This document shows, in pieces, positions 1 through 12,085 of a stretch of DNA of 64,000 nt. Both the position numbers and the translations under genes were made by a program. This DNA is from Azolla caroliniana (taxonomy: Eukaryota; Plantae; Polypodiophyta). Positions within the stretch are counted from its first letter, which is position 1; each line of letters opens with the position of its first letter. The notes below the pieces were generated by a model that was not told where the DNA came from, did not search any database, and was given only the letters and a program-made list of their open reading frames with translations. The stretch is taken from the NCBI GenBank assembly GCA_043228905.1, contig JBHGNT010000009.1, positions 6,510,001 to 6,574,000 on the forward strand, in the 5' to 3' direction.

Positions 1-2104
1 GTCATATTGGTACGGCCAATGCGTAGAGAACGTCGTAATCCATTGTGCTGCTCACGTATCGTAATACTTGCTTAGCGCAATCGAAATGGATATCTCGCAG
101 AGTTTGCATGAATTGGCTAAGGAGTCCGACTAGATAGCTAAGGTCAGGTCGAGTGATCGTGAGATAGATTAGGCTCCCGATCAGTTGACGATATTGGGTC
201 AGCTCGCACTCGTCTATGCCGGAGTCAGCATCTAGTTTGAGGTTTTGCTCGGGAGGTGTAGCCACCGATTTGTACTCAGCCATCCCGAACTTGTATACAA
301 GTTGAGGATGTCTAGTGTCGTTGAGAGATCATAATGCCAGTCGGAATCCGAATTACTTCGATGCCAAGGAAGTAATGGAGCTCCTTCATGTCCGTCATCT
401 CGAATTTTCCGGAGAGGAGGGACTTGACCTTGTTGATGTCGACTAGACTTTCACCTCCAATAACCCGATCATCCACGTATAGGATGATGACAGTTAGGCT
501 TCTAGAGTCGTGTCCTACGTAGAGGGAGTTGTCGGATTTCGACATTCGAAAGCCGATTTGATGAAGATATTGTGTAAGCTTTGAATGCCAAGCACACGGT
601 GCTTGCTTGAGGCTGTAGAGTGGCTTCTTGAGTCGGCACACGACTTTCGGATGAATGCTCGATTCAAATCCGGAAGGTTGTACCATGTACACTTCCTCTT
701 CTAATTCGCCTTGGAGGAAAGCGTTCTTGATGTCCATCTGGTGGAGGTGCCACCCTTTCGTTGTTGCGAGTGCAATTACGGTCCGCACCGTCGTCATCTT
801 TGCCATCGGGGCAAAGGTCTCTTCATAGTCGACTCCATGTGTTTGTGTGTATCCTTTCGCTACAAGTCGAGCTTTGTAGTGGTTGACGGAACCGTCGGCA
901 TTATACTTCACCTTGTAGATCCATCTGTAGCCAATTGCCCTCTTGTGTGGTGAGTGGGGAATGAGATCCCATGTCTCGTTCTTGCGTAGTGCACACATCT
1001 CCTCGTTCATTGCTTCAATCCATTGCGGGTCCTTCGCGGCTTCGGAAGAGGTTTCCGGATTCTGTATTGTTGCCACCTTCATCATAAATGCGTAATGATA
1101 CGCCATTTACTCGTCGTAGCCGAATCGGCTTACGGGGTTCTTTTGATGGGTGGATCTTCGAAACTTCTCGTTTGCGGATTCTAAGGCTTTCTTCACTCCA
1201 TTTGTCTGGATGTCAAGGCCTTCGAACTCACTATCAAGGGAGTGAGTCGATTCAATGCCGTCGAAATGATCATCTTCATACTCTGGCATTTTGGCCTTCC
1301 CTTTGTCTAGCTTCGAACTCGGTCAAGATGTGCTTTGATCGCTCGGACGCTCTTGTGGTCCGCTCAGTCGGGTCGTGATCGGACTTTCTTCGAACATGTG
1401 CGTAAGGCTATCTTCATCCTCTATCTCTTGTTTGGCGGATTCTAGGTCGAGCGGAATCGGAGTCGAAGTTGTCTCTAGTGCATACCAAGAGGCGGACTTG
1501 TCAAAGACGACGTCTTGACTTACGCGAACTTTTCGAGTCGAGGGGTTATAACACAATGTACCCCTTTTGCTCCAGTGAGTATCCGATGAGGATACATTTC
1601 TTCGACTTCGGGTCGAGCTTTTGTCTTTTTTCATCGGGGATGTGCACATACGCAATGGAGCCGAATATCCGGACGTGTGATAGATCTGGCTTCTTTCCGA
1701 AAACTTTTTGTGCGGAATGAGGTCATGCACGCCGGATGTCGTACACTGATTCATGAGGTATACGGCCGTGTTAGCCGCTTCTGCCCAGTACGACTTCGGC
1801 ACATGCTTTTTGTTCATCATGGCCCATGCTACTTCGAAGATGTGCCAATTCTTTCGTTCGGCCAGTCCGTTTTGTTGTGGCGTATGTCGACACGAAAACT
1901 CTCACCGAATTCCTTCTTTCCGTAGATACGCTGTAAACTCATCCGAGAAATATTCCTTGCCTCCATCCGATTGAAGACACCGTATGTGTCGACTCGTAGC
2001 TTTTTCGACTCCACTCTTGAATTTTAGGAAGTGTCCAAACACTTCGCTCTTTTGCCGCATCGGGTAGAGCCAAGTGTGCCTAGAGAAGTCGTCGATAAAG
2101 GTTA
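1..2104 (-). mobile_element. Ty1/Copia element A, degenerate internal part (integrase-RT), running off the window start
   Basis: Minus-strand ORF pieces: ITFIDDFSRHTW / SDGGKEY (integrase), YKARLVAKGY, HQMDIKNAFLQG, LYVDD (RT), LIYLTITRPDLSY. Several frameshifts and stops. Interrupted at 2105 by the LTR of Copia-B. Confidence 0.93.
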
Positions 2105-2538
2105 TGTCAAAGATTGCTTGCGGAAGCGTTAGAAAGAACAATACAGAGAGAGAGAGAGAGAGAGTACGCGGGAGAGACACACACAGAGAGAGAGAGTGAG
2201 CAGGACACACTATTTTTCAAAATTATATGAATACTCTGTGCTTTGTATCTACAACGCACTCATTAGCGCTATTTATACAAGTCCACACGGGACTGTTAGA
2301 AGTACAGTGTACTTCAATGCTCACACGAGCATCTGACACTAACTACGAGACTATAACTGCCTAGTAGTCTAACCTATACTAGGCTTCCGGTTACAGATTG
2401 GATCCGGCATACCGGCTCCCCAGCTCACCGGTCCTTACTACTTACCAGTTCGGTTCCTCACCGGCATACCGATTCATCTCGCTTACTAGCTCAGGCTTAT
2501 TCAGCCGATCCGGCTCCGGTTGAGCTTGCCGCTCAACA
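2105..2538 (-). repeat. 3' LTR of Copia-B (434 bp)
   Basis: Starts tgtcaaag, ends ctcaaca, abuts the PPT, and contains a (GA)n tract and a TATAAATAG-like box on the minus strand (~2270). Only one copy is in the window. Confidence 0.85.
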
Positions 2539-2820
2539 CTCCCCCTCAAGCTCAACCTGAGGTAGGGTCGTAGTGTCAACCTCTGTGGCAGTCGGTTCTT
2601 CCAACCGACTTCTCCTGGCGTCGCTTCGCCTTGCTCGCGCTCCTTGTCCGGTCCGGTCCCGTTTGCTGCGACCCCTTTGGTTCTGCGCGCCTCAACCTTT
2701 GGCATGTCTGCTCAATAGGCCCATCTCAGCTCCTTCGCTGCTATGACTCCGGCGCTTGCCGATCCGTCGGTTCCTCTCCGATGGCATCGACTTCCGCTGC
2801 ATCCGTGTCTCCTTGGCCTC

Positions 2821-5800
2821 TCATTGATCCGACTCATCCGGATCCGTCTGTTCATCCGAATCAGTAGTCTCCGACTCGTTCCAGCTCTTGTCCGAATCAG
2901 TATCCTCTGATTCGATTTTCGGCTTCAGGCCTCTCACCACATTGGACCACGTCCGGGTCTTGGCCTTCTCCGTGCTTCCCTTGGCTTCTTCAACCGGGTC
3001 ACCGAAGTCGAATTCTTCATTCGACTCCGTATCATGGCTAGTACGATCGTGATGACCTCCGCATAGCATGCACTTCTCTTCCTGAGTGTACACTTCTTCT
3101 TCACAGCCGCTCACTCCGACCTGTTCGGATGTGCCGACTTCCTTCGTCGACTCGGCTTCATTTTTCTTCTTGTCTCCACCTCTACCAGTTCTTCTCTTAC
3201 CTACGGGTTCAACAGTTTTTTTGCCTTTGCATCTCCCCCTCAAGTGCGGCACGTCGAGATGTTGAACACCAAGCATTTCGGTAAAGTGTTGCAACTTGTC
3301 CGACCTGAGCGGCTTGGTGAAGATGTCGGCAACTTGCCGATCCGTGTGAACATATCGTAGTTCAACTTCACCGCTCAGGACCCGCTCACGCACGAAGTGA
3401 TAATGCACTTCTATGTGCTTTGTGCGAGCATGGAACACAAAGTTCTTGGCGAGTTGCATGCTGCTAAGTTATCGCAGTAGATCAGGATCGGGGTCAGTAC
3501 CTCGATCCGCAGGTCTTGCAGTAGTCGCCGAAGCCAAATGGCTTCGCAGGTGGCAACGATCACGCCCCGGTATTCAGCCTCAGTGTTGGATAGAGCCACT
3601 GTTGGCTGCTTTTTGCTGCTCCACGCAATAGCCGCGCTCCCAAGAGAAAACATAAAGTCAGAAGTTGAGCGACGATCCGTTGCATCGCTAGTCCAGTCGG
3701 CATCCGTGTAGCCGACAAGCTCTTCAGTTATACCTTGCCGGTATAAGAGCCCCCGGTCCTTAGTGCCACTTACATACCTCAGTATTCGTTGCACGCACTG
3801 AAGGTGCTCCACGGTCGGCTTCTGCATGAATTGGCTTACCACTCCGACTGGATAGCTAATGTTGGGTCGGGTGATGGTCAAGTAGATCAGGCTTCCGACT
3901 ATTTGTCGGAACCTTTTCTCATCGCAAGCTGGTCCGGAGTTGGGACGGATCTTTTGGTTCTGGTCTTGGGGTGTGGAGACAGGTCGGCGTTCCGTCATGC
4001 CGAACTTGTACAGTAAATTCAACACATAATGGCGTTGAGAAAGCAATATGTTGTCGGGGGTGCGGATCACCTCAATCCCCAAAAAATAATGGAGGTCCCC
4101 CAAGTCCTTCATATCGAATGCGTCCGACAACTGGGACTTGACGCGGTTGATTTCCGGAAGACCTGGGCCGGTGATGATTAAATCATCAACATAGAGTAAG
4201 ATACATATCGGACCGTTTGAGCCTTGACGGATGAACAGGGAAGAGTCCAACTTAGAGGCACCAAACCCCATCTTTCGCAACCGGTGCGTGATCTTAGCAT
4301 TTCGAGCACGGGGGGCTTGCTTCAAGCCGTACAACGACTTCCTCAGCTGGCATACCGCCAACTTGTTCACCTTCGACTGAAATCCGAGGGGCCGAGTCAT
4401 AAAGACTTCTTCTTCAAGATCTCCTCGAAGGAATGCATTCTTCACATCCATCTGATGATGATGCCACCCCCTTGCCGCAGCAACCGCCAGTACCACACGA
4501 ACCGTCGTCATCTTCGCTCCAGGAGCGAAGGTCTCATCGTAGTCGATTCCGTGGGTCTGCGCATATCCCTTCGCCACTAACCGGGCCTTGTACCGGTTAA
4601 CTGTACCGTCAGCATTGTACTTTACCTTGTACACCCACTTGCATCCCATTTACAGTGACGGGGAGGGTCAACCAGGTCCCAAGTTCCGTTGGCATCCAGT
4701 GCCCGCATTTCTTCCCCCATAGCGGCACGTCAATTTGCGTCCTTTGCCGCTTCTGCGTAGCTCTCCGGCTCACGCACTTCCGCGACCTTGGTCATGTATG
4801 CATAATGATGCGCCATGTACTCGTTATACCCGTACCATTTAACGGGATCCTTCTGGCGGGTGGACCGGCGTAACTCACCATTACCCGGTATGAGACCCTT
4901 CTTGGCCGGTTCGGTCTTCGTTCCCAAAGATCTGCCTATGTCCTTGCCGAAGTCAGATACGCACCAATCCGACTCATCATTGCCGATCTCGAATTCCGGC
5001 ATCTTCTACTTCCCTTTCTCTTTGCGTGTGAACCGTCTCCTCGGTTCCTTGCGCGGGGAGAGCACGACAGAGTCTCTCATTCAGTCCGCTTAACCGAAAC
5101 GATTCCGGACTCTCATCTTGAATCCCGGCTTCATCTTTCTCTACCTGGGCCGGTTCAAGCTCACTAGCCCCATCCTCCAACATCAGGTCGGGATCGGAAG
5201 TCGGAGTTGGTAAGGAATACCACGATGCCGATTCATCAAACTTGACATCTCGGCTGACTCGGACCTGCTTCGTCCGAGGGTTATAACACTTATACCCCTT
5301 TTGTTCTTGAGCATAGCCGACTAGGATGCATTTTTCCGATTTTGCATCCAGCTTTCTCCGCTTCTCATCCGGCACATGTACATAGGCTATGCTGCCGAAT
5401 AACCAGAGGTATCTCAAATTCGGCTTGTGCCCGAAATACAACTCATCAGCTGACACCTTGTCCCCGATCCGGTTTTGGATGTAAACAGCCGTTTGGACCG
5501 CCTCCGCCCAGTAGAACTTGGGCATGCTCTTTTCCTCCATCATTGCCCTAGCCGCGTCAATCAGCGACCGATTCTTCCTTTCGGCCACACCGTTCTGTTG
5601 CGGTGTGTATCTGCAGCTGAATTCTCGCCAAATTCCTTTTTGTTGCAGATAGCTGTTGAATTGGCTGGAAAAGTACTCTTTTCCGCCATCCGACCGTAGG
5701 CATTTGATCTTCCTCTCCGATTCCCGTTCCACCATCTTCTGGAGGCTCCGGAAACACTCGAAGGCTTCGCTCTTCCGCTCAATGAGGTAGATCCACGTAT

Positions 5801-7104
5801 GCCGCGTGTAGTCGTCGATGAAGGAGACGAAATATCGACTCCCGCCAATACTAACATTTTGTGCCGGTCCCCACACATCCGAATGGATAAGATCGAGCTT
5901 GTTATGGCTTTGATTTCTTTCGGTGGGGAATGGAAGTCGGTGTTGCTTCTCGAGTTGGCAAGCTTCACAAATCTAGGCTCTCCGGCCGCTAAATTTCGGC
6001 AAACCGAAAACGACTTGTTCCGTTTGCAAGTCTTGAAGCCTCCGGTAGTTGACGTGGTCAATCCGCTTCTGCCACAGGTCGATATCCGACTCGACCTTCT
6101 GTCCTTTGGCGAACAGTGTGGTGCCAACGTCATTGGTGTTGAGGATAAACATCCTCCCATCTCTGCGCCCTTGCGCAATAACTTCGCCCTCATCCTCAAT
6201 GAAGCACCCGAGGTGCGTAAACCGCTCCTGCATCCCCTGGTCGACGATCTGTCCGACCGACACCAGGTTCTTCGTGATCATCGGAACATGTAATACATTC
6301 ATCAGCTTCCCCCTCTGTCCGACGTGGCTCAAGGGGACTTCTCCGACGTGCACGATCGGAGTGTCGTCTCCGGTTTCGACAACTCCCGGTTGGTTCGGCT
6401 TCTCCAAAAAGGAGAACCACTCCTCGTGGCTCGTCATGTGGTTCAATGCGCCGGAGTCAACGTACCACACTTCCTCCAATTTGGAAGTGGTCTTCTTCAT
6501 TGAGTTTGCCTTGTGCTTCATCACCAAGGCTGGCCCCTTACCGTTCTTGGATCCTCCCGATCCGTTTGCGTAGTGAGAGCTTTGTCGGCCTTCCTTACTG
6601 GTCTTACCAGATCCGGATTTATCCGAATCGGCATGCTTTCTCCAGCACTCATTTTCCCTGTGGCCCTTTTTGCCACAATACCAGCATTCCATAGCGGATT
6701 TGTCTTGCCGGCCTCCGGCACCACCTTGACTCCCTCTACTTGTGGAAGTCCCAGAACTGCTATCGGCACGCTCATTGTGCCTTCGTTCCTGCTCTTGCCA
6801 GCCGTCTCCTTTGCGTGCCGACCTGCCTCGTCCACCACGCCCACGGGACCAATCCGCTCTCGTGTACAACATCCGGCTGTCTGGGGATGCACTGGTAGAT
6901 GCACCGGCGTGGTTCTCCTCTACAAGGAGCATCGACTATAAGTCGAAAAATGAGGGCGTATTCTCCCTTGTACAAACCGCAGTCCGGAAAGCTCCGATCT
7001 TGGATGCCAGGCCTCCAAGACAGACCTGCACTATCTCGTCTTCCTCTACGGTGACGTTAATAGAGGCAAGCGAGTCACAAATCCCTTTGATCCGGGTTGT
7101 GTAA
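2821..7104 (-). pseudogene. Copia-B gag-pol, frameshifted
   Basis: CWYCGKKGHRENEC zinc knuckle, WYVDSGA protease, FIDDYTRHTW and QNGVAERKNR integrase, YVDD RT, YTDADW and HARTKHIEVHYHF RNase H, split over at least 5 ORFs. Confidence 0.92.
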
Positions 7105-7110
7105 TCTACC

Positions 7111-8053
7111 ACCCAGTGCGGGTGGCAGTGTTGGAAGGTAAGGAGTGGTAGTGTTGGATAACAATTCTAAACTATGGCTATTTGACAACAAGCCCCTATG
7201 CGATTTGGAGTGGGATCCATTAGAGGTATGGGGGCAGAAACCGGGAACGAACAAACTGGAGGGTTTTTTTTAATATAGTACTAAGTTAGGAAGGCAAATC
7301 ATTGGCTCCAAATCAGTGGGCGTTGCTCAGACTCGCAATAGTTTGAGGGATAAAGGCATATCAGATGACTTGTTGAAGTTGTTTTGGAGGAGACTATGGG
7401 CGTTGGATATGCCAGTAAAAATAAAGGTTTGGTTCTGGCTTCTTGGCCATAAGGTGATACCTGTGGGGGAGTGGATGAGGTGTCGTGGTGGGAAGGCTAG
7501 TTGTAAGTTATGTGAACACTCTTTGGAATCGATACCTCACTATTTTTGGAATTGTGTAGAGGCGATTATCATTTGGGGCAGAAGTCTCAGGATAGTGGCA
7601 GCATGTGGTATGAATGGGAGAGTTGTGTGGGGGTCCTTACAAGGTTTGAAGCTAACCGGGGAAGGTTGAGCAAAACAGTTAAAACCACATGGTCATGGAT
7701 TTATAGTGCAGGATCGCAGCGTGTTCCAATGTGTTGGAGTGAAACCTAGCACAAAGTATGGTTTTTTTTAGGAGATATGGATGTTGGTGGCGTGCTTATC
7801 AATCTGGCACATTTGGACCAGGCGATGTATGTTTTTTTTTCAACAATGAAAGCTCCTAAGCGGTGAGGTGTTGCTCAACATTTGGCTACGTGGACAATAC
7901 GACTCGATTGATGGGAACTCGGATGAAGCAGAAAGGGATCGGTCAAATTTTCTGTTGAAATGGGGTGGTTCTTCTATGATGGTAAAATCATCCTCAAGGC
8001 TTGAATGGAACTACCAAGCACCGAAATGGGTTTCCGCCAATGGATTCCATTAG
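7111..8053 (+). mobile_element. LINE (L1-type) ORF2 3' fragment with zf-RVT region, degenerate
   Basis: FWRRLWALDMPVKIKVWFW...CKLCEHSLESIPHYFWNC; similar to the ORF2 C-terminus at 26.5-27.4 kb. Confidence 0.85.
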
Positions 8054-8533
8054 TGGACATGAGGTGTAAATATGTATACTAGCGGTACAACTAAGTTACC
8101 ATGTAAAAAGAGTCGGTGGGATACTTTTGTTGTAAATGTCGGGGTGGGGATTATGATTAGTTTTGTGTGGAGAAGTATGAGTTTTGCTGAATATGGTTGA
8201 ACTTTGATGTACTTCGTTTGCTAACTAATGTGAGATAGTGTTTTTTTTTTTTGGGGGGGGGGGGGGGAGAGGGGGGAACTGTTCTAAAAATTTCTCCATA
8301 TTCATTATGAATCAATCATTGATTATATACTTAGAGATGTCACATCATTAGAGTTTGGTCAATTGGATATTTGTATAACCTTTTATATTAATTTCAACCA
8401 AGAAACTAACATGTCGTAGAGTTTCAGTAAGAATAGAGGTTGTTTGCATTAACATCTACTCCCCATCTACTTTTATTCAACAAGGTTGATTGTTCGTGAT
8501 TTAATGAATATCTGTTATAATTTCACATAATAT

Positions 8534-8776
8534 TGTGAAATGCTCTCAAGAATAGCCTTCCTTTCATTATGTCTCAAGTTACATTTTATAGACTCTCTCT
8601 TAGTGTGGAGGGTGTTCTCCCGCTCCAATTAGCTCTACTAATTATGGGGCTTGGTGGGGGCCTAGTTTGGGTGTGGTGCATGAGGCTTGGTAGGGGCCTA
8701 ATTTGGGTGTGGTCTATGTGTGGTGCATGGGGCTTGGTAGGGGCCTAATCTAGGTGTGGTCCATGTGACCACCACA
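8534..8776 (-). repeat. 3' LTR of Gypsy-B
   Basis: TG...CA direct repeat of 13112-13354, next to PPT (minus strand acaagggggaat). Confidence 0.96.
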
Positions 8777-8798
8777 ATTCCCCCTTGTAAAAAAAAAA

Positions 8799-11700
8799 TT
8801 AATGTGCAGTCGAAGCGCGACGAGGCGTGGACGACGGTTCCAGACGGGGGGATGACACGGGCGTGGGCGTAGGCATGAGTGTGGGCGGGGGCGGTGGTAG
8901 TTGATGGAAGGGCTTCATGCGAGACTGGTGAGCAAAGGTAGAGCGGTTGTTGGAGGCGCGGAGGAGCAGGTATGTAGTGTCGCGTATCTGCTTTTGAACT
9001 TCGAAGGGACCGATCCATCGGTGCATGAGCGATTCGCTGAGACCGCGACGACGGATGGGGAAGTAGACGAGGACTTTGTCACCGACGTGGTATTGATGGT
9101 CGACACGGCCTATATATCGTGTTGTCGTTTTTGGCGTAGTTGTGCCTGGTGCAGGTTGCTCGTGATGGCTTTGCGGAGGAGGGGCTGGAGTTGTTGTAGG
9201 TGGGACCACCAAGACACTGCGTCAACGTGGAGTCGTGTGGTTGGTTGCAGGACTGCCACTTCTGGGGGTAAGCGCGGGTCCCTTCCGTAAAGGGCCCGAA
9301 ATGGGCTAATGCGGGTAGAGGCTTGCACAGTTGTGTTGTAGGCATGCGTAACGAAGGGCAAGATTCGGTCCCAGGTTGAGTGCAGCGTATCGATGTAGGC
9401 TGAGATTTGTTGTTTTAAGGTTCGATTGAGGCGCTCCATCAACCCATTCGTTTGCGGATGGTAGGGTGACGTGAATAACTGTTGGATTCCTAGTTGTGTT
9501 GAAACGAGGCGTAGGAGCTCACCGTTGAACTGGGGTCCTCGATCGGACAAGATTTGGAGTGGGCAACCGTGGGGGAAGATGATTTTCTCCAATAGTTTGG
9601 AGACGATGGTCATAGCCTTTGCATCTGGGATAGCGGCCGTCTCAGCCCAACGCGTCAAGTACTCGGTGATGACGAGGATGAATTTGTTCCCTCCTTGTGA
9701 CTCGGGAAAGGGGCCCATAATGTCCCATCTGACGATTTCAAATGGAGCTTGAACTTGTATCGGATGTAAGAGGCCTTGACCCACTTGAGGTGATTTGATG
9801 GCCTGACATAAGTTGCATGCTTTGATGTAGGAGGCGACCTCGTGGCGTAGCCCAGGCCAATAGAATTTGCGACGAATTTTGTCGAGCACCTTATGAAAAC
9901 CCAAGTGGCCGGACAACGGGTGATCGTGGAAGAAACGAAGGTAAGACTGGTGTAGTTGCTCAGGCACGTAGACTCGGGGTTCTTTGCCTACTTGACAAAA
10001 AAGTAGGACATTATCCTGGATCATGAATTGCTTGGTGAGGGATGATGTCGGTTCAGCTCGTAGGCGGTGGCAGATATCTTGGATTTGTTTGTCGTGTTGT
10101 TGCATGTTGGCCATTTGGGACGAGGATATGGGGAAATCGATTGTGTTGGAGGTGATCTGGTTCGCCTGAAAGGATATGCGGGATAATCCATCGGCGACGA
10201 TGTTTTGTGGACCATGGCGATAGCGCAGAGTGAATGTGTAATCCTGTAGCGCCAAAACCCAACGAAGTAAGCGGCCGGGTGGATGAGCCTTCTTTATGAG
10301 GGAGAGCAATGGCTGATGGTCTGTTTCGACTGATGTATTTGATCCGTGAAGGTATGGGTGGAAACGATGGAATGCCCAGACGATGGCGAGGAACTCTTTT
10401 TCAGTTGTCGAGTAATTTTGTTCGGCTTTGGTAAGTGACCGACTGATGTAGGCAATCGGGCGGAGTTGGTCGTTGTCGTCGGATTGGAGCAGGACCGCAC
10501 CAAGGCCGACATTGGAGGCATCCGTCTGCAGATGGAAAGGCTTCGTGAAATCAGGGTGGGCCAGGAGGTCAGAGGCTTGGAGTGTTCTCTTGAGCTGCAG
10601 GAAGCTGGATTCGCAGACTTCGGTCCACAGGAAGGGTGCGTCTTTTTGTAGGAGCGTGCGTAGTGGGGCTGACAGGTCGGCTAGCCGTGGGATGAAACGA
10701 AGAGAGAACGTGAGGAGGCCGAGGAAGCGTTGAAGCTGCTTGACTGTGGTGGGGCGTGGGAATTTTTGGACTGCTTCTGTCTTCTCCGGGTCCATTTGTA
10801 TTACGTCGGAGGAGATGACGTACCCAACGAAGCGGAGGCACGTACTACCCCATCGGCACTTCTTCCATTGCAGCTGCAATCGATAGCGTTGAACACAAGT
10901 TAGGACCTCCCGAAGGACTTGAAGGTGTTCTGCCCAAGTGCTTGTATGTACCAGAATATCGTCTAGATAGACGATGACGACACGGCGGGTGATGAGATCA
11001 TCGAAGATGGCATTAGCCATTCGCTGGAATGTGCTCCCCGCATCAGACAGACCAAAGGGCATCCGTGTGAACTGAAAAATGCCTTTCCTAGTGCGGAATG
11101 CAGTTTTGTGGGCATCGTGAGGATTCATCGGGATCTGCCAATATCCCGAGGCTAGATCGAGGGAGGTGAAGTACTTTGATTTGCCAAGCTGGTCGAGGAG
11201 GTCATCGATACGAGGGAGAGGGTATCGGTCATGGGTGGTGACATGGTTCAGTTGTCGGAAGTCGACACAAAAGCGGTAAGAACCATCCCCTTTCTTTACC
11301 ATGTGTGGCTCCGAGATCCACTCGCTCTTGGAAGGTGTGATAATCCCTTGTTGGAGCATAGTTTTGATGGCGTTGTCGATGCGCTCGTGGTCGAGAGGCG
11401 AGCGACGTCGGGGAGCTGCGTTGATGGGGCGGGCGTTGCCTGTAGGAATCGTGTGGTGAATCGGAAAACGGACCGAGGGAGGTTTTACAGGTGGTGTAGA
11501 CAACGAGGGAAAGGTGGCGAGGAGCCGTCTGATGTCGTTGATGCGCTCCGCCGGTGATATCAGGTACTGTGTGTTGCTGATGTGGGTGGTATCCCGCGGA
11601 GTAGTGAAGAGCGCGATCGGAATGTGATTTGGGAGGATGAGCTGTTGTGCGGAGAAATCGAGACAGACTCGACTATGGAGGAACCAATCACATCCCAAGG

Positions 11701-12085
11701 TGATTGGGAACAACTGGCGCGGGAGGACGTAGAAACGATGGTGGATCTGGGCGGAACTAATGGTGAGCATGCACCTGACTTGCGTATGTGAGTGGTACAC
11801 CCGTTGTTGGTCGCCGAAGAGGATTTTAATGGGCGGTGCGTGGCTCGTGGGAAGTTGTAATTGGGTGACTAAATTTGCGCTGATGGAAGAGATGTTGCTG
11901 CCGGAGTCGAGGAGAACTTCTTGGGTCGTGTGCTGGAGGCGGGCGATTGTGGTACAAACGGGCGAAGTTGATGAAGTGGAGGCGTGGACGTGCGAGGGCG
12001 GCTCGATCGTGGGAGAAACGGGAGAAGTTGAGGACGTGGAGACGTGGACGTGCGGGGGCGGCTCTCCCTGCGGCACCCCGCGCAT
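8799..12085 (-). CDS. pol: Gypsy-B pol (protease, RT, RNase H, integrase with GPF tail); one frameshift at ~9112
   Basis: LLDSGS, LDLASGYWQI, YLDD, LQTDAS, HHCC (HDHPLSGH...CNLC), YHPQTNG in the 991-aa ORF 9110-12085. The tail GDKVLV...RWIGPF continues in another frame (8799-9112). Confidence 0.93.

Larger units (their letters stand above)
2105..7110 (-). mobile_element. Ty1/Copia element B, 5'-truncated, inserted in the Copia-A integrase
   Basis: 3' LTR 2105-2538 (TG...CA), PPT ctccccctcaag 2539-2550, gag-PR-INT-RT-RH in Copia order. Gag is cut at ~7110 and there is no 5' LTR or PBS. Confidence 0.93.

Noticed and set aside
8240-8277. Poly-T/poly-G run as LINE tail or G4 element
   Set aside because: Simple homopolymer, wrong base for a plus-strand poly-A tail, and no TSD found.
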